64,000 nt of DNA from assembly GCA_964035545.1 (NCBI GenBank), contig OZ037771.1:2739628-2803627 (forward strand), given 5' to 3'. Numbering within the stretch: position 1 is the stretch's first letter; each line of letters opens with the position of its first letter. This DNA comes from Bugula neritina (Eukaryota > Animalia > Bryozoa). Below the pieces are notes generated by a model that made no database searches, was not told the origin of the DNA, and worked only from the letters and a program-made list of their open reading frames with translations. Positions 49,001 through 61,000 of this stretch are shown one piece after another. Position numbers and translations under genes: made by a program.

Positions 49001-52000
49001 AGTTTTTAGATGAGTATAACAACTCCCCTGGTATAGTGTCCATGGACCTCGTGTTGTTCAAAGACGCCATCGAGCATCGTAAGTCTGTTTTTATACTATC
49101 ATTATATGATACAATTTAAATATGACATTTTCTTACTTAAAAGTTTTAGAGCCTCAGTTTGAGTGCTCATGTCACCCTCCCCCAAATATTGGTTTATTTG
49201 TTTATTTGAGCCATAAACTACAGTTTTTTGTTGAATTTTCCAAATCCAAACAATATGTAGTATAGAATAATATGATAATATGTTTTATACTACATAAACC
49301 AACTTTTCATGGACTTTTGATTAGCTTTATTAAATTAATTTTTTGCCATTTTCCTCAGTGTCGAAGATTATCCGTGTAATTCGGCAGCCACGAGGGAACA
49401 TGTTACTCATTGGTATCGGAGGTAGTGGGAGACAATCCCTCACCAGACTATCCTCGTACATCTGTGACTACACCACCTTCCAGATTGAGGTCACTAAGAA
49501 CTACAGGAAGCAAGAGTTTCGAGAAGGTCTGCACCAACCCATTACATTATCACATTGTTTACATGTAGCAGATTTAGACAATGACAGGATAGTGAGTTGT
49601 ATTGTATACCTGCTGACAGTATAGTGAGTTGTATTGTCTACCTGCTGACAGTATAGTGAGTTGTATTGTATACCTGCTGACAGTATAGTGAGTTGTATTG
49701 TATACCTGCTGACAGTATAGTGAGTTGTATTGTATACCTGCTGACAGTATAGTGAGTTGTATTGTATACCTGCTGCTCTGTAGATCTGAAGCGTCTGTAC
49801 TTCATGGCTGGCGTAGAGAACAAGCCAACTGTCTTCCTGTTTAACGACGTTCAGGTGGTGGAGGAAGCCTTCCTTGAAGATATCAACAACATCCTCAGCT
49901 CTGGAGAAGTGCCTAATCTCTACAAGCCCGACGAGTTTGAAGAGGTTCGCCTGTCTCTATATTACTACAACACATTTCTATATTACTACAACACAACTCT
50001 ATATCAACATTTCTGTATTACTATAGCATACCAGTATTTTACTGCTATTTATATATCACCCTTTGTCTATTACCATCTTGTTTGCACAATGTGATCTCAC
50101 CATAACTAGACTTTTTTGCTTCGGAGTGTTTAATTGTCCAAGAATGTTGATGACTGAAGTTAGCAGATTTTACTCAGCTATTTTCTGGCATCAATCAATT
50201 CTACAAAATTCATGTCTAAATTTACTTGAAATAAGTTGTAGTATGCTAGGGAATCACCAACATGCATTGAAATGCTCATCTCTCACTGCCTTAGACTAAG
50301 GAAAGTTATATTAGCCTCTGTTCCATGCACCAAACTGTTTAGGTGAGGACAGCTCTGGAGGAAGAGGTGAAGAAGAATGGAATAGAGGACACGGCTCAGG
50401 CTGTCTTTGCCTTCCTGATAGAGAGAGTGCGAAACAACCTTCACCTGGTGCTGTGCATGAGTCCAGTGGGCGAGCCGTTCCGTAACCGTATCAGACAGTA
50501 CCCCGCCTTCGTCAACTGCACCACCATAGACTGGTTCAGTGAGTGGCCCCAGGATGCCCTGCTGGAGGTCGCTGAGCGGTATCTTGAAGGTCGGTTTTAT
50601 TGTCATAAATTTTCCCTTTCAACTGCTTACCTACCTACAAATTTCGAATGTTCACTCTATGCTGATTTATTTCATTTATTTTGAAAAAATTTTTGTAATT
50701 GTATTTTGTTGTTTAACATCTCCATTTGCTGATAGGCTGGAAGACTGGAGTTAGCTTTCCTGGTAGGTTTCTATGGCAACAGATAATGCGCAGGCTGTTA
50801 TTACATTAGCATATTATGTTTCACCAAGTATAGGCATACATAAGAACATATTTAGTGATTTGCACATTACTGAGTCAGGAGTTGTGTTCTCTTGAAGCTG
50901 ACATCTATATACATAATATACTCCTAATTCTACTCCCTCAACTAGAAATCTTGTTTAATCGGACAATTAACTTTAAAAATGGTTATTTAATAAAGAAGAA
51001 ATATAGCATAACAGTTCATTAATGGTTTCCTATATTTATAGAGTAGACAACTCCTGACTCAAATGAAACTAAATGTCTTTTCTTACACCCTAATCTTTTC
51101 TTCTCAGCTAGTTTTAACTTAAAGCCTTCTTGAAACAATTTGCCACATATTTTTATACTGTTCATTACATGTTTAAGTCTCTGATAGAACTGTGCTAACT
51201 AATGGCTATACTTGTATACAATTGAAGCATCTCTTTAAGATTTGGCTACTTGTATAGTTGCTACTTAAACCTGCAAGTTTTAAGATATTCTAGTTGAATA
51301 TGCCTCTTCTGCTGCTAGACTATGCTGCCTTCCTAACTGCTGTCTTCATCTTGTCCTCGTCATTTTGTTTGATAGATGTAATTATTAATCACAACCCCGC
51401 AATGATTTAGACCCAATAGAGTTTTTAGTAGCCTACTACAACTGAGTGTAAGCCTAGAATATAAATGGTATTATTAAAACCATTTAGTTTATTTTTTTTA
51501 TACTTAACTGACAATTGTTTACAGTTTTGTAAACTAGTAGGTGATTAACTAGTAATGACCACAGTGTCATAGACTAGCATGATCTTTACCTTGCACCACC
51601 TGTTTTAAGTTGTCAACACATGCCCCATGACTCTCTGCCAATTAGAGCTATGAAAAAACACTATTTTTCAACATTTTTGACGATAGAAAATTCATTTAAA
51701 AAGTTACATTCAGCAAAGAGAAAATACCGTCATTGTTTGTTTGTGCTTATGTAAGCCATGCTTGTCTTATTTAGGTATGAAAGTTGAAGAGAGTGAAGAG
51801 AAATTGAAACCAGCCATAGCCAAGATGTTCTCCATAATGCACAAGAGTGTCAGCGAGTACAGTCAGCGTATGTTGGACGAGTTGAAGAGACACAACTATG
51901 TCACTCCCACCAACTACCTCGAACTCGTATCTGGATACAAGTCGTATGTTCACTCAACTTATAGAACTCGCTACTGTGTAGTATACTATAATATATATAA

Positions 52001-55000
52001 CTTGCTACTACGTAGTATACTATAATATATAGGACTCGCTACTGTATGTATTATAGTATTTCAACTCGTATTTAGTTTGCTCTACGACAAGAAGAAGGAA
52101 CTAGGTGACTCGAGAGACAAGCTCAAGAACGGTCTGTTCAAGATCGATGAGACTCGAGAGAAAGTTGAAGCCATGTCTATTGAGCTGGAGGATGCTAAGG
52201 TGAAGGTCGCGTTGTTTCAGAAGCAGTGCGAGGAGTATCTGGTGGTGCTGGTGCAGCAGAAGAGAGAAGCAGACGAACAACAGAAATCTGTAAGTCACAT
52301 GTCAGTGCAGCAGTAGGATGTGTGTGGGGAGATAACTCTCGGTAATTATTATATTTGATTTTAATGGATGTCATTAACAGCTTGAGATTTACTGAACCTG
52401 TTTAGTACAAATATATCCGCAATAAATGTAAATTTTATATTCTAGAAAGAAAAAAAATGCCTTGTGAATTTAGATATATTTTATATATGATCTTTGGTTT
52501 GGGGCACTAGTCGAATTTCTCACATCTTTTAGAATACAGACTTGTCTTAATTTCTCCATCACTGCACCTACCTCTATGTTGGTTAGAACCAGTAAACCTC
52601 GACTCTGAACTTAATCATTTCTCATGTTTAATGAAACAAGCGTTCTTTGTGAAGCATTTGATTCTCAAATTGCTCAGCTTATCAGTTTGAGATGTTACAG
52701 AGTAGCATCTGTGACATCAGTGTGACCTTGCCACTTGTCTGACGGTTATACCGGTGCGTTCAGTGACACCTACGTGGCAGTGTCACTTATCTTACAGTGA
52801 CACCTGCGTGGCAGTGTCACTTGTTTTACAGTGACACTTGTGTGGCAGTGTCACTTGCCTGGCAGTGTCACTTGTGTGTGACTGTGACACTTATCTGACA
52901 GTAATTTTTGCCATCTGCAGGTAACACAGACGAGTTTGAAGATTGGAGAGGAGGAAGTCAAATGTCAAAAGATGGCCGACTTGGCTCAAGCTGATTTGGC
53001 AGAAGCCATGCCTGCTCTAGAGGAAGCTCGGAAGGCCTTGGAGGCTCTGAATAAAAAGGTGGGTTTGGCTGAGATGCTGGGCTAGTCATTAGCATATACT
53101 TAGCTGACACAAGTTACAAATATTAATATATCTTTTTAATTTAAATAATTTGCCATGTCAACTAGAGAATCTTTCTGCCATTGAACTACAAAAAAGTCTG
53201 TTGGAGCTCTAGTAAACTCTGTACACTTATAACCAATAAGTTTGAGATTTAATGGTTACACATATAGACCAGCTTGTACCTTGTTTCGCCACATTATTAT
53301 CATTTTTCAACAGGATATCTCTGAAGTGAAGGCCTATGGCAGACCTCCGACCTTGGTCGAGACGGTCATGCAGGCTGTGATGATCCTTAAGGGTTGCGAT
53401 CCCTCATGGGCTGAGGCTAAACGTCAACTCGGTGAGTCAGTATAAGGAGTTCAACAGGTGCATGGTGGGAAGGTTAGGATAACTGTAATCTGGATGAGAA
53501 ATATTGCAAAAGAAGTTATGTTCTTCGCTTTTCAACTCATGCCTCGAACCAAAATTCTTAGAAACAATGAACAAACTAATGCAGTTGAAATTTTTCTATT
53601 GCTATATCAAAATGGTTAAATTGAATTTTCACTCAACAATTTTTCTCATTAACAACCTCCAATTTAGAGACATAAATTTATTCAAGCATTCGGTGATGAT
53701 TGAACACAGCAGTTGCAGCTGTACATTCTGTGGTATTTTTTCACGATTTTTTACTTATTTAAGTCAACAGGAACTTCGCATCCTACTCTGCACGTCTGTT
53801 AATTGTCTCGAGTTAATAATGTTTGACATTTCAGGTGACAACAACTTCATCAAGTCTCTTGTTAACTTTGACAAAGATAATATCTCTGACCGAGTGTTGA
53901 AGAAGATCGGTCAGTATTGTGCTATGCCTGACTTCCTACCAGAAACTGTGGGACGTGTATCTGGTGCTGCTCAATCGCTTTGTCTCTGGGTTTGTAGAAC
54001 CTCTGCTACCTTAAAAATAAGAATACACATTTTTTTTGTTTAGTAAAGTTTATTTGGTGTGTTGACTAATCATCCTGAATAATAAATTTTGCACACCGTC
54101 CCTGACTTAGACTCTTATAGACTGTGGACCAACACTCGAAAGCATGGTTTTGTAGGTGCGGGCTATGGAGATGTATGGAAGAATCTACAGAGTTGTGGAA
54201 CCAAAGAAACAGCGTCTAGAAGCTGCCACTTCTCAGCTCAGAGAGAAACAAAACATGTTGGCTGATGCCAAGGCAAAGCTTGCGGAGGTGATGAATACTC
54301 CATTAATGAACTATCTACGCTCTAGCTTTATTACTTATTTCACGATTTCAGTACTTATAGTTTGGATGCTATGTGATAGTGAGGTTTTCGTAACAAGAAA
54401 AAAATGTTTTTAAAGAAATAATGTATGAAACTAAAGTGTAATACTTCTATAAATTAAGCATTCGTTGATAATAATGCTATAGCCTGCAAATACTAATTCT
54501 TGTTTATATTTTCACTGTTTTGTTTAAATGTTTGTTATTCAGCTCACCATTATTTGGGGCATAGCAGTTCAAACTAAAAGTTAAGTATTTAGATTCAACT
54601 GACTCTGTAAGCTTTATATATACGTGTCCTTCAGGTTGAGAAGAAAATGTCTGAGTTGAAAGAAGAATACGACAACAAACTCTCACAGAAAGAAGAACTG
54701 CGTAGAAAAGCAGAGCAGACAGAGTTGATGTTGGAAAGGGCCGGAAAACTGGTGTCCGGTAAGTTACTTGTTGAGAGAAGATAACTGCTTGTAAGTTATT
54801 AGTATAATGTGCTGTAGTTTTGTAGTTTAATTTCTTCTTGTGCACAACACCCTGTCTAAGTTCAGATTTGGAATAAGTGAGTATGCAGTCTAACTGTTGT
54901 GCAGTACGTGGAATTATGATATATTACGTTGAGGTATAATGATATGTTATGTGTCACGAGAATACTGGATTTGCTATCTGTTATCAGGTCTGGCTGGGGA

Positions 55001-58000
55001 GAAGGTGCGATGGGAAGAGACAGTGGCAATCTTAGAAGAGAAGATAGGCTACCTGGTAGGAGATTGTCTTGTAGCCTCAGCTTTTATGTCCTACATGGGC
55101 CCCTTCCTCAGTAACTATAGAGATGAGCTCACCAAGACCAAGTGGCTGGATGAGGTTAGTCTAACTAATAGGTGGACAACTCCCAACTGTGAAAGCAAGA
55201 CTATGTTGGCTGATGTGCTTTATTCTAGAACAATTGTTTCTGAAAGCAAAAGCTTTAAGCTCTGCACTGGCTGATTATGTAACCTCATCTCTATATAAAC
55301 TCACGAAAGTTTAGAGTGACTATCCCTGTGAAAGACCCCTAATGGAAAGATTTTTTTAAAGCGAGCTAAGGATATATTCAGATGGGGCACAGGAACAATT
55401 ATGACTGGATGCTCTTCCTAGCATCACCAATGGTCTTCCCTGGGGTTCGAACCCGTGACTTCGTGTCTTTTAATCCAACGCTCTAACCCCTAAATCACGG
55501 CTGCTCCCGAACCTTATCTCTATAAATGATCTTCAAATGGATCCCTTGAATTGAGAATATTTTATATTTATAGATGCAAAAGTTGCTGATCCCGTATTCA
55601 CCTGAATTCAGTTTCTGTGAATTCATGGCTAAGCCGACACAAGTGAGAGACTGGAACCTGCAAGGTTTACCCTCTGATGCTTTCAGCACTGAGAATGGCA
55701 TCATCACAACATGTGGAAAGAGGTGGCCTCTCATGATAGATCCACAAGGTGAACAGCATTTCATTGTTTTTAATTAGTGTTTGTATTTCCATTTATTTCA
55801 GCAGGTAAATAAAGCATATGTGGTTACTTCTGCGGAATATAAGTAGTAGTTTCTTGTTTCTGGTGTCATCTAACCATTGTATACTATCTAGATGAGTGCT
55901 GTAAGCACCTGTCAGCACTGTAACCACCTGTCAGTACTGTAAGCACCTGTCAGTACTGTAGCCACCTGTCAGTACTGCCACGTTGGTCAGATATTTACCT
56001 GCTACCTGTATACACTGTGACTGTAGGTGAGATATTTACCTACTAGCTGTATAAACTGTTACTGCAGGTCAAGCTATCAAGTGGATCAAGGCTATGGAGG
56101 CAAAGAGGGGGCTCAAGGTTATTGACCTGCAGATGTCAGACTACATGAGGACGCTGGAAACGTGTGTCCAATATGGCTTCCCTGTGGTACTGCAGAATGT
56201 GCAGGAGAGGTTGGACCCATCTCTCGACTCTATTCTAAACAAGGCTATTGTGAAAATTGGTGAGTTTCTAACAATTTATTTTTGTTTCTAAATACAATGG
56301 TGTTTCTTTATAATACATAGCCAAATTGCAATTATGAAACCTTTTTGTTATGAACTTGATCAACACTTCAAAATTGTTGTAAATGGGAAGTTCTGGCTAT
56401 AAATCTTATCATCAATTCCAAAACTCTAAGCAGAGATGAACTCAAAAAGTTTGCTGTTGACTTTTCTATACGAACAGCTGAAATGTTAATCATTGATAAC
56501 TGCAGGCAGTAAATGCAATGGTGAGCTGTGATTGGCTGAGCTGCATGATTTGCTTTGTACTGTTTAGGTGGAGCTCTGATGATCAGACTGGGGGACAAGG
56601 AAGTTGAGTATAACGAGGAGTTCAGGTTTTACATCACCACTAAACTCAGCAACCCCCACTACGCCCCTGAGATTAGCACCAAGACTACACTTGTTAACTT
56701 TGCCATCAAAGAACAAGGTTTGTAATTTATTGGATATTTGTTCTAAATTGGAACATTTTATTTCGTAGAATGTCTTTAAACAATTCTTTGAACTTACAAA
56801 AAAAGTTAAGTAGAAGTTAGACTGGGAACTTTAGTCTGTGGCTATTGTGCGGTTAGGGTTGGAGGCCCAACTGCTCGGTATAGTAGTCAAGAAGGAATCC
56901 CCAGAGTTGGAGAAGCAGAAGGATGATCTGGTGCTGAAGATTGCTGGTGGAAAGAAGAAGCTGGTAGAGCTTGAGGATGAGATTTTGAGGTGAGGAGTTG
57001 TTCTACCAACTGACTGTATGTGGGAAAACCATCAACCATAGAAGTGCATTCAGTTGTACTCGGCATTTATTTAAGAAATATTTTTTTAAATTATTTCTAT
57101 CAAAATGATTAATGATAAAAGATGGTATTTCATTCAAAACTTAATGTTGAAGCAGTACTTGTTTATTTGGTGAGTAAATTACATGACATCTCTTGCCACA
57201 GATGAGACTAATGTATTACTATCGACCAATCAGATGATTGGATACTTTTTTTGCTGTTGAAAGGTTGCTGAACGAGGCTAAGGGTTCACTTCTAGACGAC
57301 GAGCAGCTGGTGAACACACTGCAGGTTTCCAAGTCGACTTCACAGGAAGTTGGCGAGCAGCTGCAGATTGCTGAGCAGACGGAGATTAAGATTGACAATG
57401 CAAGAGAAGGTAAGGCTGGCTACAGCTGCACTAACCGTGTGTATCTCCTCTACAGTGCCTAGTAGTAGCGGTGGTGGTTAGTTTACCTCCGTGTTGTTCC
57501 TCACTGTACTGTCTTCTGGCTTTCTTCATGTCAAAAAGGGTTTTTATCTCCAATAGCTGCCATTGGTTTAAAATACACACTTTTACCAAATTGCTTGATA
57601 TTCCATGTCTGCTTTAGTCTCATTTTTGTTTTTTTTTTAAAGTTTTTTAGGCTCTTTTATGGAACATTATAATGTTTTGATAATACATTTTTGAATTGTT
57701 CCAAGACCTTTCTCGTATAATAAAAAACTTGCTATTTTTGTGACTTCAACTGTTGACTTAGAAGTGTTGATAGTTGACATAGAAGTGTTGATAGTTGACA
57801 TAGATATGTTGATAGTTGACATAGAAGTGTTGATAGTTGACATAGATATGTTGATAGTTGACATAGATATGTTGATAGTTGACATAGATGTGTTGATAGT
57901 CGACATAGATGTGTTGATAGTTGACACAGATGTGTTGATGATGTATACATGTTATAGGATATCGGCCATGTGCCTCGAGGGCATCCACCCTCTTCTTTGT

Positions 58001-61000
58001 GCTGAACGACCTTGGAAGGATTGACCCTATGTACCAGTTCTCTCTCGACTCATACATTGAGCTCTTCAACCTGTCTATTGACAAGAGTCAAAGAAGCAGT
58101 AAGCTGGAGGAGAGGATAATCAACCTGAATGAGTACCACACTTTTGCAGTTTACAGGTGAGATATAAAGTGTTGTCTCAGATATACCTGGTCTTTCTAAT
58201 GAAATGCTTACTGGCTGTAGCTGCTGGGACGTGTGTGGTTGTTTTTGCGGCCAATCAATTCATTACTACTGTAATCACGGCCAATTAAATGACTGCAACT
58301 ATAAACATGGCCAATCAAATCAGTGCTTTGATAACAATTAAATCACTCCTTGCACCAGGTACACCTGTCGAGGACTGTTTGAGAAACACAAGCTGCTCTT
58401 CTCCTTCCAAATCTGCACCAAGATACTGGAATCTGCCGGCAAACTCAACATGGATGAATACAACTTCTTCCTGCGCGGTGGAATTGTAAGTGTTATACTA
58501 GTGTAATCTGTTTTCATTCTGTTTATCTAATAATATAACTTTTCTATATAGTAAGTGTTGTGTTTTATTGTAGCAGACTGAAAGAAAATAGCAATCTGAA
58601 AACCGTTATATCATAAGTTATAGGTGTAGTTGTAAGTGTAAAGATAAGTGAAAATGCTGAGTTTTTATACCAGTCAAAAAAGTTAGTTATTGTGTAGTAG
58701 CCATAATGAGTGTGGAAAAAGCACAATATAGCTGGCATAGCTGTGATAATGCATGAAAAGCTATAATGAATTAGGGAAAAGCTTTCCCACCTCATGTAAT
58801 GTCCCAACAATAAGTTTTTGTCTCAAATATGGGTTTGCGTTAGTTGTATAAGGTCATCTTGTTTTGCCTAAATAAACTACAACCAGGCTATAGTAACAAG
58901 CAAATTTTTGACTTTGTTGTATATAAAGAAAAGTATGTCTTTTTTCCTCTTGCATACAAGTAATAGAGTGCTGCTAGGTAACTGAAAGTTGTAATTACAT
59001 AATTTCTAAACTTGAACCAGTAACCGAAATTAATTTCAGCTTTACCAGTAGTATCTCTACTTTGTGAAAGATTGCATGTGTTTGGTCAGCATGTTTTATA
59101 TCTGGTTATATGTTGTCACGAAGTTTTAAAACCAAATATTTTGTTGAAGTGCTAGACTGTACCAAATGGGTACAATATGTCCTCCTCGCTATACAAACCC
59201 TCTAGTTTCACTAATATAAACAGCACTTCTATATGTTACATGTATCTGCACAGCATAAAGTTACTTCTACATATTGCGTACATAGAACATGGGCATTATA
59301 TTTCTGCATACTGCACCTGCACACACAAGTGGTATTCTGCAGGTAATAGACAGAGAGAATCAGATGGATAACCCGTGCACTGGTTGGCTGTCTGACGGGG
59401 CTTGGGATAACATCACCGAACTCGATAAACTCACCAACTTCCACGGCATCATCACATCCTTTGAGCAGTACCCCAGGGACTGGAATGTGTGGTATACGAG
59501 GTGCGTAACCATAGAAACAGCGCACCACACACAGCTCGTGTGGAGATAACTTCTATGATTTACCTTCTTCAAATTAAAAAACTGCTTATTTGCCAAATTA
59601 TTTGATGGCATGTTGTTTTGAAAGAGTATTTATATTTTGAACTATTATTAAAAAATACTTTAATTTATGAACGGAAAATTGAATGTGATAAAGTGTTTCA
59701 CTTCTTACCTTAATATTTTATGGCAAATCAATTTGGATGACTGCAATTGAGCTCTACAACATAAGATAAACATTTTCAACTGTATTTAATGTATGCAAAA
59801 TTATCTTTAACAAACTAAACTACAATTTTCTACTTGCTGGTAGTAACATAGTATATACATACTGACAAGGCTGTAGAGTACTGAGTTTTTCGCAGCTGTA
59901 TTGTATTGTGAGTTATCTCCTCTCTCACCAGCTCTGAGCCAGAGACCGCCGGACTACCCGGTGAGTGGGACAACGCGTGTAACGAGCTGCAGAGGATGCT
60001 GATTGTCCGCTCTCTGAGACCAGACAGAGTCGCGTTCTGCGCTACTTCTTTCATAGTCAACAACCTCGGGTCAAAGTTCACCGAACCCCCTGTCCTTGAC
60101 ATGTCTCAGGTCGTGGAGGATTCCACCACAAAGACTCCCCTCATCTTCGTACTCTCTCCCGGAGTCGATCCCACCAGCTCACTGCTACAGCTGGCCGAAT
60201 CTACTGGCATGGCCTCCAGATTCCACGCTCTCTCCTTAGGTCAGGGACAGGCTCCGATAGCAACTCGGATGATCAAGGAGGGTGTGAATGAGGTAGAGTT
60301 GATACCTGCTAATTGTGTGACGATTCATTGTGTATATTAGCTTACCATTGCCAGTTCAACTCACGTAGTTTACCTTTACAATTTAATTGTAATAACAAAT
60401 CTTTTTACAATATTATGTACATATTGAATATATATCAGGTACCAATTTAGATTGAAAACAGGCTGCATGTCTTATTTTCATGGTTATCCACAGTTGTATA
60501 ACTGGTTCTCCAGTATTTGCAGTTTTGTGAGGAGTGAGTAATATTGCTATACTCTGACAGGGTAACTGGGTGTTCCTGGCAAACTGCCATCTGTCCCTCT
60601 CCTGGATGCCTCAACTTGACAAGCTGGTGGAGCAGCTGCAGCAGCAGAAGACAAACCCAGACTTTAGACTGTGGCTCTCTAGCTCCCCTCACCCGCAGTT
60701 CCCCATCAGCATTCTACAAGCTGGTATTAAGATGACAACTGAACCTCCCAAGGTACCACAGGCTATCTAGACTCTAGAATCTAGATCTTAGTATAGATAG
60801 TACGCTTAGCTACATGACCTGTTATTTATAAGAACTGCCTGTTTGAAAACTGAAATAACTAATAAAATTGTTAAATAAAAACTGTTTAAAATAATTAGCT
60901 AAAAAAAATATGCTTTTTTGTTTAACCGATCACTGCTGAGCTAAAGAATTCACAACACAGTGTAGCATTTTGCAACTTCAACTTATTTAATTGTAATTAC

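Noticed and set aside
36821-52900. Regular arrays as possible CRISPR loci
   Set aside because: Eukaryotic context, no unique spacers and no cas genes; they are tandem repeats.
57667-58084. Repetitive ORFs ([21 protein letters not shown]), and similar ones at 26464-26761, 49638-49823 and 62661-63115
   Set aside because: Products of intronic minisatellites that happen to lack stops; no independent gene structure.
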